Of a stretch of 64,000 bases of DNA, positions 36,037 to 48,400 are shown in pieces; the first letter of the stretch is position 1; each line of letters starts with the position of its first letter. The notes under the pieces are model-generated. The model was not told where the DNA came from. It worked only from the letters and a program-made list of their open reading frames with translations, and did no database searches. This DNA comes from Okamejei kenojei (Eukaryota): positions 25,730,001 to 25,794,000 of the forward strand of contig CM069147.1 in NCBI GenBank assembly GCA_035221665.1, in the 5' to 3' direction. The translations under genes and the position numbers were made by a program.

Positions 36037-38945
36037 GAAACATAGAGAGAAACATAGAAATAGGTGCAGGAGTAAGGCATCAAAGCCCTTCGAGCCTGAC
36101 ACCCGCCATTCATTATGATCATGGTGATCATCCAAACTCAGTAAACCGTACCTGCTTCTCTCCATACCCTCTGATCCCCTTAGCCACAAGGGCCACATCC
36201 AACTCCCTTCTTAAATATAGCCAATGAACTGCCTCAACTACCCTTGTGGCAGAGAGTTCCAGAGGACTCCACACACTCTCTGTGAGAAAAAAGTCTTTCT
36301 CATGCGGTCTTAAAGGGATTTCCCCTTTCCTTAAGCTTGTGGACCCCTTGTCCTGGACTTCCCAACATCGGGAACAATCTTCCTGCATCTAGCCTGTCCA
36401 ACACCTGCTAAGTATTTTGTAAGTTTCTATAAGATCCCCCTCTCAATCTTCCTAAATTCAGAGAGTATATAATACCGAGTCTATCCAGTCTTTCTTCATA
36501 AGACAGTCCTGAAATCCCGAGGAATCTGGTTGGTGAACCTTCTCTTTGCACTCCCTCTATGGCAATAATGTCCTTCCTCAGATTTTGGAGAAAAACCAAA
36601 AACTGTACGCCTTACTCCAGGTGTGGTCTCACAAGGGACCCTATTTGTACAACTGAAGTAGAACCTCTGCTCTGTACTCCAAAATCCTTTTGCTATGAAA
36701 GGCTATCATACCATTCGCTTTTTTCACTGCTGCTGCACTACTGCATGCCTGACTTTTCTTGACCTGTGTACCCATGACACACAGGGTATCGCTGCATCTC
36801 CCCTTTTCCTAATCGGCCACCTTTAAATAATAGTCTGCTTTCCTGTTTTTGCCACCATAAAAAGTGGTACCTCACATTTTATCCACATTATACTGCATCT
36901 GCCAAACATTTGCACACTCACCCAAGCTTATCCAAGTCACCTTGAGTCTCCTAGCATCCTCCTCACAGCTAACACTGCCACCAGCTTAGCTGTCATCCGC
37001 AACTTGGAGATATTGCCTTCAATTCCGTCATCCAGATCATTAACTATATATTGTAAAATAGCTGCGTCCAGCACTGGCACCTGCGGGGTACCCACTAGTA
37101 CTGCCTGCCATTGTGAAAAGGACCCGTTTACTCCTATCTTTGCTTCCGGTTTGCCAGCCAGTCTCTATCACATATTACTGAACCCCTAATACCGTATGTA
37201 CTTTAAGTTTGTATACAATCTCTTATGTGGGACCTTTGTTCGAAAGCCTTTCTGGAAGTCCAGATATTACCACATCCACTGGTTTCTCCCTTATCCACGC
37301 TACTAGTTACATCCTCGAAAAAAAATTCCACAAGATTCGTCGACATGATTTACCTTTCGTAAATCCATGTGACTTTGTTCCAATGATTTCACCACTTTCC
37401 AAATGTGCTGCTATCCCATCTTTATACAAAATGACCTATGCAGTTTCCCCACTACCGATGTTAGACTAACTGGTCTTTATTTCCCCGTTTTCTCTCTCCC
37501 TCCCTTCTTAAAAGAGGGGGTTTCACATTTGCTACCGCCAAATCCTCAGGAATCTACTCAGAATCTAAAGAGTTTTGAAAGATTATCACTAATGCATCCA
37601 CTATTTCCTGAGTACTTCCTTAAGTACTCTGGGGGATGCTCGCCTATCTGGGCCATGGGGATTATCGGACCTTTAATCTATTCAATTTACCCAACACCAC
37701 TTCCCGACTGACCTGGATTTCACTCAATTCCTCCTTAGACCCACAGTCCCCTGCTATTTCCGGCAGATTTATATATGTCTTCCTTAGGTGAAGACGGACC
37801 AAAGTAGTTATTCAATTGGTCCGCCATATGCTTGTTTCCCCATGAATCAAACTACCTGTTTCTGATGCAAGGGACCTACATTTGTTTTAACTAACCTCTT
37901 TCTCTTCACATATCTATAAAATCTTTTGCGCAGTCAGTTTTTACGTTCCCTGCCTGTTTTCTTGTCATGATCTATTTTTTCTTTCTAAATTAAGCCCTTT
38001 GTCCTCTCTGTGGTCTCTGACAATTTTCCAGTCCTCTGGTAGCTGCTTTTTCTGGCTACTTTGTATGCATCATCCTTTGCTTTGATTGATACTATCCCTG
38101 TATTTCTCTTGTTATCACAGGATGCACTACCTTCCCCTCGATTTATTCTTTTGCCAAATGGGATGAACCAATTTTTTGTAGTTCATATGCAGTCTTTAAT
38201 GTCTTCATTGTATATCCACCTGTCAACCCTTTTTGAATTAATTGCCAGTCAATCTTGGCAATTCACGTCTCATCCCCTCAAAAAGTTAACTTTCTTTAAG
38301 TTCAGAACCAATTGTTTCTGAATTAACACTGTTCACTCTTCCCTCCTTAATGAAGAACTCAACCATATTATTGGTCATCTTGTCCAAGGGGGCACGTACA
38401 AATGACGGCTTAACTACCCATTCCTCATTACTCAAAACCAGTCTAAATAGCCTGCTCTCTCGTTGTTTCCTTACATGTTGATTTAGGATAACTATCCTCG
38501 CATACATTCCAAAAAATCCTCTTCCTCAGCACCCTGCCAATTTTGATTAAACCCAATCTATATGTAGATTGAAGTCCACCCATTATAACTGTTTTGCCTT
38601 TGTCGCATGCATTTCTAATTTCCTGTTTGATTACTCCCCAACATCTTCTGCTACTGTTTTAGGTGGCTGTACACAACACCCCCAGCGTTTTATGCCCTTA
38701 GTGTTTTTGTAGCTCTACCACATACCGAATCCACATCCTCCAAGCTATTGTCTTCCTTTCCATTGCGTTAATCTTCTTAAACCAGCAACGCTACCCCAAC
38801 TCCTTTTCCTTTCTCTCTATCCTCCTGAATATTGGAATATTCCCTGGATGTTCAGTCTCAGGCCTACCGTCACCTGGAGCCATGTCTCCGTGATCCAACT
38901 ATATCATAACATTAATATCAATGTAACTCTTTTTGAATTTTAATG
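36037..38945 (-). mobile_element. Long CR1 LINE (~2.9 kb; EN/RT and 3' end), heavily indel-ridden
   Basis: Reverse complement of the 15250-16120 element, extended upstream through ORF2. Confidence 0.9.
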
Positions 38946-39507
38946 CCGATGTTAAAACCCCGTCCCGTGGGAGGGGCTTTGGTAATGGTTTCATAGTGCC
39001 TTCATTGTTGGTCAGTGCCGTTTCACATGGACGCTCTCGCAGTTGCCAGTTTTCGGCAACATTCCATAGCCGCTCTATATAAGTGCAGTCAGGACGTGAT
39101 GACCGGTGGTCTGGACCTATCGCTGGCAAGTCTGGCCCCCTGGACGTCATGTCGTTATTTGATTTTTCGGTTGATGGGGCTTTGGTTACTTGGCTTCTGT
39201 GGGCGACGCAGCCTTTCTGTTAGTTGGGATTTTAGGCGTAAGGCCTTTCAGTTAGTTTGCATGAGGGTAGCCACCATTGGTTCGTTAGCGTTTGGCTTCG
39301 TACCCTTTCGGCTATTTGGCTCCACTTCTTTGCTTCGGCTTCTCGTCTAAGTACGCCACGTCCGCCACGATTTCCAAAACATTGTTAAATAGTTTACTAA
39401 TAAAGGAAACGCTCAAGAAGTTATGTATAATCCATTTCGAACGAGCGATTATATTGTTTCTAAATAGCATTAGGGGAGCTAACTCTTTTATCTTAAATTG
39501 TTGGCAT

Positions 39508-39793
39508 TTGTTCCCGATGCCTTTGAAGATTAAACAGATGAAACACTCCCTTCCCTGGCCCTAAAACTGTACAACAGCACCGTTTTTCCCTGAGGTACTG
39601 TGAACTTACCTGGTATAAAGATGACCAAAAATCATTCTGGAATCAAGTACCACTAAAATACCGGAACGAGCAGGGATTATACCTTTGCTTCAGCTTCCTG
39701 CATGTAGTGGATAGCCGATTCGGTTTATAGTTGCAAAGTGTCTCACGCACCTCCTGGTTCCGACCGTTGAAATCACAGGAGTTCTTGGAATGG
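39508..39793 (+). pseudogene. Gene C: second C1-set Ig exon (disabled as assembled), paralog of the gene A C1
   Basis: LFPMPLKIKQ...CTTAPFFPE / ELTWYKDDQK / RNEQGLY / DSVYSCKVSHA aligns with VPSPLKI...CRTAAFYPK...LTWHRNG...DGLY...VYTCKIIH. Confidence 0.8.
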
Positions 39794-40717
39794 GTATTGA
39801 GGTTTATACCTTAATGATGTCATGAGATATTTCACTGTTTCATTGTCAAGCATTTCATGATTTCCCACCCAAAACATTCGCCAGATCCGTTGTTACAGTG
39901 TTTGATGTGATAGTGGGCGTGTCTTTGTTGAAATGAAAAGGTATGACCAGTATAGGAAATTTAGATACTGGTTAGTAAGAGACATCGTGTAAGATGACAG
40001 CTGTGTTTGCAATGTTTTTTAATAGCGAATGCTTGAAACTCGGTGTTTTTCTCTGATCATATAGAGCTTTAGCAATGGAGGCAAGCCCTTCGACTCGCCT
40101 GTCGACGTCAACAAGTTGGCATTCTGGGACTAAAATCATCTGCACTCATTTGTACCCATTCCCTCTACAATCTTTCCTATCAAAATATCCATCCAAAAAT
40201 ATTCTTGAAAATTACACTTGTATACGCTTCGTGTGGCTTCCTCGCGGAAAGAAATTGCCCCGTGGGCCCCTTCTTTAATTTCATATTAAGATTCCATTAC
40301 CCTGGGGAAAACGACTGTTTAAGCATTCACTTTCTTTACGCCCATCTAATTTTCTTATACTTTGATTGGGTAAACTCCTTTTGCCTCAGGGAAGAGGTCA
40401 CAAACTACTCGGCATCACCGTTATAATCTCCCACGTCTAGTATTCCAGCTATTATCATTGGTGAATCCTTTCTGTACCCTTCCTTATTAATGACAGGAAC
40501 ATATTACAGGTATGTACCAGGTCAGCATCACAGAAACACAGAACGAGTAGTCTCAGCAATTACTTGTAAAAGCCGTTGATTGCATAATAAGGGCACTGTT
40601 TTCTGTTGATTAGTAAAATAAGTTACAGTCTTATCGCTGAACCTTGGAGATTGAGAAGGGATGGTAATCCTACATATTTAAGTTCCAAAGGGACCAAATC
40701 AACAAGCTGAACTACAG

Positions 40718-41069
40718 AGGCCAAGGGAGATTTAATAACATACGCTGTCTATTAACTTCGATTTATGTTTTTTTTTTCATTCGTTACTGATCCTGTGATG
40801 AGATTCATTCAGTAAGAGGTAAATGACAATAAAGTAGAAATAAGAACTGTTTGAACCGGGCAACACACACAATGACGGATAGTTGCGATAATGTGGTGAG
40901 GGGCTTTCTATGAACTGTCTGATACTGCTCTGAGCTCCCAGACTTATATATGTTTTTGTTATGTATGCACCTGTTATCTGGAATTTATCCCATTATTTTC
41001 AATTCATAGAAACTGCCAGGTAACTTCCAATTTTCTGAATTGCTGAATTTATTTTTTTCAGATCTATAG
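40718..41069 (+). pseudogene. Gene C, candidate TM exon with Arg (40718-~40818) and tiny tail exon (41062-41069, DL*)
   Basis: actacag|AG GCC AAG GGA GAT TTA ATA ACA TAC GCT GTC...CTT CGA TTT ATG TTT TTT... followed by gtaaga/gtaaat donors, then atttttttcag|ATCTATAG. An in-frame stop and indels are present. Confidence 0.35.
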
Positions 41070-41990
41070 TTTTAGGCAAATGTAGTTGGAAGATATTCCA
41101 TAACGCTTTTTTGTGACTCTTGGAGGTAGCCCACCAAGTCCACGCTGATCACTCGATCACCGGCATATTTATATCTCTGTTAGAACACTTTTTATTCACT
41201 CACTACACACTGGCGACAATTTGCAGAAGCCAATTAGCCTATCCACACCTCCACATCAGGGGATGTGGAGGAAACCGGATCACCCGAAGAACCACCAACA
41301 CGATCACTTCCACACGGACAGCCTCCAGGTGAGGATCAAACCTGTGTCTCTCGCGCTTATTAGGCAGCAGCTGTTACAGCTGGTATTCCCCAAACAGTCA
41401 AATAGCCTCACCAAAATATTACAGTTTTAATTGAAAATCGGGGAAAGGGGTAAAACTCTGGCGGGAGTAACGCAGCGTCCCTGGATTTTTATTACTGGAA
41501 GTTTTGAAAGGGCAAACATTACGATATATTTCGTGAATGCGAAGGTATGGTGGAAAGGCATTATGTGGCTCGCGGGGATAAAGGAGGGTGAAGATGGTTG
41601 GTGGTGAATAATGCCTTTGCGCTTAAAGAAAGTAGTGGGAGATCAGCGGTCAGCTGGTGCCATGGTCTGCGAATGGTCGCTTAAAATATGAGCATGATTC
41701 TTGCGAGATTAGAGTACGGAATATGTTTGACAAGAAGATTCACAGGCGTGAGTAGGCTCCCCTATGTTGGAGCGTTTGTCGGCACTGGGCCTGTTTTCGC
41801 TGGAGTTCAGAGAATGACGGAGGTACCTATTTGTAACATATAGAATAGTGAAAAAAAACAAAGGCGTGGGTTAGCAGTGCCATGTGGAGAGAATGTTTCC
41901 ACTTGCGGGGAGAGTCCAGGACGAGGTCATAGCCTCAGAAGGTATAATTAAAGAAGACCTGTGGAGGCCGTCAAGTGAATATTTTTTAGG

Positions 41991-42490
41991 NNNNNNNNNN
42001 NNNNNNNNNNNNNNNNNNNNNNNNNNNNNNNNNNNNNNNNNNNNNNNNNNNNNNNNNNNNNNNNNNNNNNNNNNNNNNNNNNNNNNNNNNNNNNNNNNNN
42101 NNNNNNNNNNNNNNNNNNNNNNNNNNNNNNNNNNNNNNNNNNNNNNNNNNNNNNNNNNNNNNNNNNNNNNNNNNNNNNNNNNNNNNNNNNNNNNNNNNNN
42201 NNNNNNNNNNNNNNNNNNNNNNNNNNNNNNNNNNNNNNNNNNNNNNNNNNNNNNNNNNNNNNNNNNNNNNNNNNNNNNNNNNNNNNNNNNNNNNNNNNNN
42301 NNNNNNNNNNNNNNNNNNNNNNNNNNNNNNNNNNNNNNNNNNNNNNNNNNNNNNNNNNNNNNNNNNNNNNNNNNNNNNNNNNNNNNNNNNNNNNNNNNNN
42401 NNNNNNNNNNNNNNNNNNNNNNNNNNNNNNNNNNNNNNNNNNNNNNNNNNNNNNNNNNNNNNNNNNNNNNNNNNNNNNNNNNNNNNNNNN
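41991..42490. other. Assembly gap (exactly 500 N; looks like a fixed-size scaffolding join)
   Basis: N run of round length. Confidence 1.
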
Positions 42491-45400
42491 TTATATCACC
42501 TCTCTTTATATTGTGTTCCACCCATTTTGCCTATCAGTAGATGAGTATTGAATGTGCTGACATGTTCCATGATTTGTAATGTATTCCATGTTCTCTTGTA
42601 CCCCCATCCCATAATGTATGAAACATCAAAACTCAAATGGTTTTTGAGTTAGAGTCTACGATAAGTCATGTCAAGAGAGTTCATTGTAATGTGTCCCAGA
42701 ATCGGACAATGCAATTCTTGCTTTGCTGCAGACACAATTGAAATTGTAAGCAAAAATACAGTACAGTTCAGTTCAACATACACATGATTAAGCAGATAAA
42801 GTGCAATAGGTGTTACAGTTCAGATTTCTGTTTGTTCGGCGGGTTTAATCGCCTGATGGTAGTGGGGAAGTAGCTCTGGTCCTGTGAAACTGGGAGTGGT
42901 AACAGATCTCAGGCTCCTGTACCTTCTGCCCAATGGTAGCGGAGAGAGATGATTGCGTGCCCGGATGGTGTTGGGTCTTGGGTCATCGGCTTTACACTGT
43001 AATACTCCTTGGAATAATCACATCTTCAAACGGATTCTGTAATTGTCAAACGGTGTTCTTTAGCATCACTCAAAACACACTCAGGCATCCATCTCTCATT
43101 TGTTTATTAACCTTTTCCTCTGTCTCTCCTCCATTTGGCCCACCCATATTGGGTCATTACCCCGATTTGCCATTAGCTGTTCCCATGGAGATAACCTGCT
43201 GCTCCCACAAACCGCCTTCCCCCCCCCCACCCGTGCTCACTCAACGCCACCCCTCGAGGCATAATATCCTCTCTAGTAACACAAGTAATCAGCAAGGACA
43301 CCGCCTCTACCTCCCAGTTTCAACTGCAACACCGTCGTTGTTTATATAGGTCCCATTTGGTCGGTTAGGATACCCATATTATCATAAGATTTTGATGCCC
43401 TTCCACCTTACACCAGGACCTTAGTCCAGACGTATTCTCTTGGTTTTCTCTGTTATCCTATTCGGTACCGTTTTGTAATCCCGAGATAGAATACAGGTGG
43501 GCTCTTGTTTTTTTCACCGAATACCGAACCTCCCCTAAATTTCTCTTTGCGGCCCTCGTTGTCCCTTTCTATATAGGACATTGATACTACATTGGGACCT
43601 CGAGATATGGTTCCCACCCTCCCGTCTCACAATGTTCGTGTTGCCAACGTGACTCTGTAACAAGCAGAACAGAATATAGTGAGACAGAGCCGTTCTTGTG
43701 TATTGCCTGCGCTAGCGCGAAACAACGCAAAAATGTTTCATTACGACAAAGGAAGGACAGCCATCTTCATTTGACTAAAATAAGATCTTGCGCGAAGGTG
43801 CACATACGTCAGTAGTAATGGTACGGTGCGAATCAAATCAGGGTCACCAGCGAGAACGACGACGATTATAACATCTGTTACTTCTCCTTATTGAATATTA
43901 CTGCATTGTTGAATCCAGGGCTCCGGGTTCGGACGTGGGACCTCGTCGAGTCGGAGTCGGTATAAAAGTCATCACATAAATTTCGCAGAGGTACGTAAAT
44001 GGAATAAAATCCTATTTTACTCTTTTGCTAACACTTTTCCACCCGTGAGCAATGAGGAAAGGGGGGGGAATAAAAAAATCATTCTGTCATGCCTTTTGGC
44101 GGCAGAACGACCAGAAACAAAACGTAAACAATTTCGCCAGTACCAGTCGATTTCCCCTCCACCTGTCTATGAGTGAATATGTCTGGATAATTTTGAATTC
44201 AAAAGGGTAATTCACATCATTCATTTATGGGGATAAGTTTATATAAATGAATACCACATGACGTATATTCTTGATTTACTAGCAAAATAATCGTCTGTAT
44301 GATTAATTTCCGTTCTGCCTCAACAGCAGTATTCACTAGTTTGGCAAAGACGTCATACAATATGGTTGTAAGATTTCGACAGATCGCAAACCTATTATTT
44401 CTACTTTCAGTGGGATGCTTGCCCCATCAAATATTATGGGTTAAAAGGTTAGTTAGGGGATAGGTGTAAATGAAGGGAAAAAAAGGGTAGGGCCATTTAG
44501 GTATTAACTATCAGTAAAATACCGGACTAACCTAAACAAACGGGGGGGGGGGGGAGGGGGGGGTTGGCTGCGTCCCTAAGACCGCCGTCATCCCTTAAAA
44601 CAAGTTTTCCTTAAATTATTTAATTAGATTTTACCAATGAATTGTGACAACTAAAGTGAGCGGTAGTAAGATAAGTTAATGTACGTCAGTTCTTCCGACC
44701 GGTAGATTACTCTACTATTACTCGTATGTGTGTGATGTATATTAAGATGTTGAATAATTCATTTAGGCACGGTATGAATCACTCATGTTATTAATTAATT
44801 TTCTTTTACTGGAAAAAAACATTGAGATTCAATAATTACCAATTTTGATAATTGAAATCTAAAGTCCCTTTCTCTATGGCATAAGAAAACTCAACCAGAT
44901 CTGCTGTTACTTGATTTTTTGATTATTTTACTAAAAACTAAGATGAAAACTAGTTCGCGTGTCATTGTGATGATAGAAGAGGATGATGATGAAAGATGTG
45001 GTGAACAAAATTCATTGTTTCTTTGTTCCTGATAAACTGTACTCTCCACAAGAGCTTAAATTGAACGGACATTTGCATCGTTTCCACCCTAATATTTTAG
45101 ATAGTTATAAATGAGAAAGAGGTCAAGAACCCAACATAAATCTGACTACTACTTAAAGTCAGCAAAAAATTTGAATCTCTGCTTTTTGTTACTATGGGTT
45201 GATAAACCACGAGAAGGTTAACTTCGGTGAATTAATTTCTGTTGACCATTACTCTGGACCTATGGGGGGAATGCGACATCCGATGCTGCTCTAAGAAGAC
45301 GCCGTCCGACAAAATAAATGGTGCATGCCTATTTCCCTTCTCTTCTCGATCTTAATCAACCGAACGTTACGGAAGTATTAGCACTGTTGTGAGAGATTCG

Positions 45401-48400
45401 ACAATAAGAACCTTCCTCTGCGAAGAGAGATACAGATCATTATCGGGTAGGGGGCGCGGACGGTTGGTGCTGATGTGAGCGTGTGCTGACAGAAGGAATG
45501 TTCTTCCACAATCTACAAACCTGCGGGTTAAACGTTTTAATTAAACCGGGTGAAGAACCTATATATCCTGTGTGAGAGTGGGCGTTTAAATGTCAATGAT
45601 GAAGACCTGGGTGTTGCTGAAGGTTGTACATGGTTTTCAGGCAAAAATGAGTCATAATATTGAAATTTTTTTATGGATTGGAACCCCTAGCTGATGAGAA
45701 CTGACAGATGTGGAACGGGATTTCCAAATGTCTTAAATCGGCTAGTCCTATAGTAGCAGCGTGCTGTAAGAATCACGTGTGGCAAGGTGGGTCGCGGTAC
45801 AGCCTTACTACAACGCCCAGAATCCGGATTCGGATCCTAACTACGGGTGCTGTCTATGCGGAATTTGTGTAACGTTCTCCCCGTGACCGCAGTGAGTTTC
45901 CGCAGAGAGCTTCCGTTCCTTTCCACACTCCAAACGAAAGTACAGATTTATCGGGTTAATTGGCCTTGATTTTTATGTAAACTAATGTAATTTTAATGTC
46001 CGAATATGTGAGGGTGTAGTGTCAAGGTGTGGGGGGTCGCTGGTCGGTGTGGACTCGGTGGGGCCGAAGGGCCCGTTTTGTCATTTAAAATTCACGAATT
46101 TTGAATCAGAATTTTAAATTCTGTCGGACTTTCAAATCTTCGTTAAGTCTGCGGGTCTCCGTGTTATATTTTCAGCGATCTAAACATTGTGCCACCATCT
46201 GGCACAGATTACATCCCCCCACCCGTGGCCAAGGCCTATATGGGAGCCGAAGTATAGTTTGAATGGATCTTATGAAGGATAATAAAATATCCTTCATAAA
46301 GATCGGAGACTTAATATTTGCGAATGTTAACAACACGCGTTAGGGGGGGAGCATGGATAGTCAATTTGGACATATTTCTATACGTAACTGATTTTTTTTT
46401 ATAATGTCCATCTAAGGGTAGACGAAAATTGCTGGGTAACTCAGCGGGTATCAGGACGGAAATCTTGGAGCGAAGGAAGAGGTTGTGGTTTCAGGTCGAG
46501 GACCCTTACTTCAGACCTTCTTCGACCCCGAAACGTCGACCCATTCCTTGCATCCGGACGCTGCTGTCCCGCGCCTGAGTTGCTTTGTATGAGTTGGTAC
46601 CTTCGATTTAAACCAATATCTGGACAGTTCTTTCCGGCCCTTATGTTCAGCTATAATACGGCTTGGCTCTAATTTCCTGTAATTTCAGAACATTTAGTTA
46701 GAACTATGGGAAATGACAAGGGACGGAAATCGGGTTCTTCTCACCTAATCGACTTCAAATCTTCAAGATCGGACAGCTTTTGATGTTAGTGGGAATCGGA
46801 TGATCGCCTGTTTCAACAGAAATGCCATGGAAGTCGCAGGACATTCGCATCATTTGCATACGACATAGTTGACAATAATAGCATGATTTATTCCAGTGGC
46901 ACCATGGCACTTGTTTCGTATGTGGACTGCATAACAGGATTTATGTTCGATTCACCAAGTTTTGGTGGACAGACTTATGCCGCTGCTCATCAGCGCCAGA
47001 GGCGCGGTTCATTTGACGAAGGGTGATGTCTGCATGTTTTGAGTGTGATTTGGGTTTTTTCCCGGGCGTTCCGTTTTCGTCCCAATCCCAAAAGGCTTGC
47101 AGGTATCTAGGTTAATTGACCCTCCTGAAAATTGACCTTGTGTGTTGAAGAGAAACAATGTAGATGTGAGCGTTGGTCGGTCGCGCTCGGTGGCCCCGCC
47201 GATGTCTCACGATGTATTCTAAGCTACTATAAAGCTACAATGTAAATAACGAGGAACGAGACCGCGGAGCGCTGTTGCGTTAATGCAAAATAAGAGACTT
47301 TATTTAAGTTAGTTTGTTGATGTTATTCCTTGATTGTCATTCAAAATTACTCGCGATGCGTGAGTCCAGGCTCTGCTCCTGAGCTGAGGTCGTTCCAGTT
47401 GGAGGCCCCAGCTCCGCTATTGGGCCCAGCGCAGACGGAGCGGAGAGATGGGAGATACGACTAAGAAAATCTCGCATGACCCTAAGAAGAGACTAAAAAA
47501 CAAGTGTCCCCAACACCCACACATACACAACTAAAAAATAAATTAAAACATAGTCCATCAAGACAAAAGAAAAAAAAGAAAAGACGGACTGGACTGCAGG
47601 CGAGCCGCAGCTGCATGGCAGGCGCGTCACTTCCGGTATGACATTTGACGCAGAGTGCAGAGATATTCTTCACTAGATAACAAGGAGAATGTGAGAACTA
47701 AATTAAACATTGTGCACCATAACGAATGTTGTATTATGTATTATTATTGGGGGGAAATGTGAGACAAGAATTATAATAATTTGTTGTATCTGGATTTTCG
47801 GTAGACGAATCTCGGAACTTTCGAACAATAAAAAATTAAACTAAGGAGAAGCTATGGCGATAGAAGCACGTTTCGATGGTTTTCATAGCCATCCATTGGG
47901 TGATGCAGATGTCGTTGTAGGTTGAGATGTTTCTTATTTTGTACTGTAATAAACCTTCATTGAAATTTTTTGATAGGATCTTGGATAAAGACTGTGTAAA
48001 TGTCATGACAGTGTAACGGACCAAGAGTGGCACAAAATAGGAGGAAACTATTGCAAGTTATTCTAGTGGGAAAGAGTTCAAATCCATTACTGCATTAAAG
48101 AGTAGCGGGGCGTGATGCAAACTATGTCTATCTCAAAGGTCCACGTGGGTTATGTGATTAAAACAACATATGTTTATATATTTTTAGCATTATTTCACGA
48201 TGATGGTGGGAGCAAGTGTGAATAAAAGGGACTCTGAGAACCAGTATTTGGATATCCTGACGCACGTATAGTACTCTATTCCCTTTGTTAGAAGATTTAT
48301 TGATCAGAAGATAGGAACACGCGAAGTGTTATCGATACTAATTTATAAGGAGTAATGGATGCGTGATGGTTTATTATCTGAGAAAAGGGGGCAAATGGGG

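Noticed and set aside
41871-42540. ORFs spanning N runs (also 5405-5827)
   Set aside because: Open only because N translates as X.
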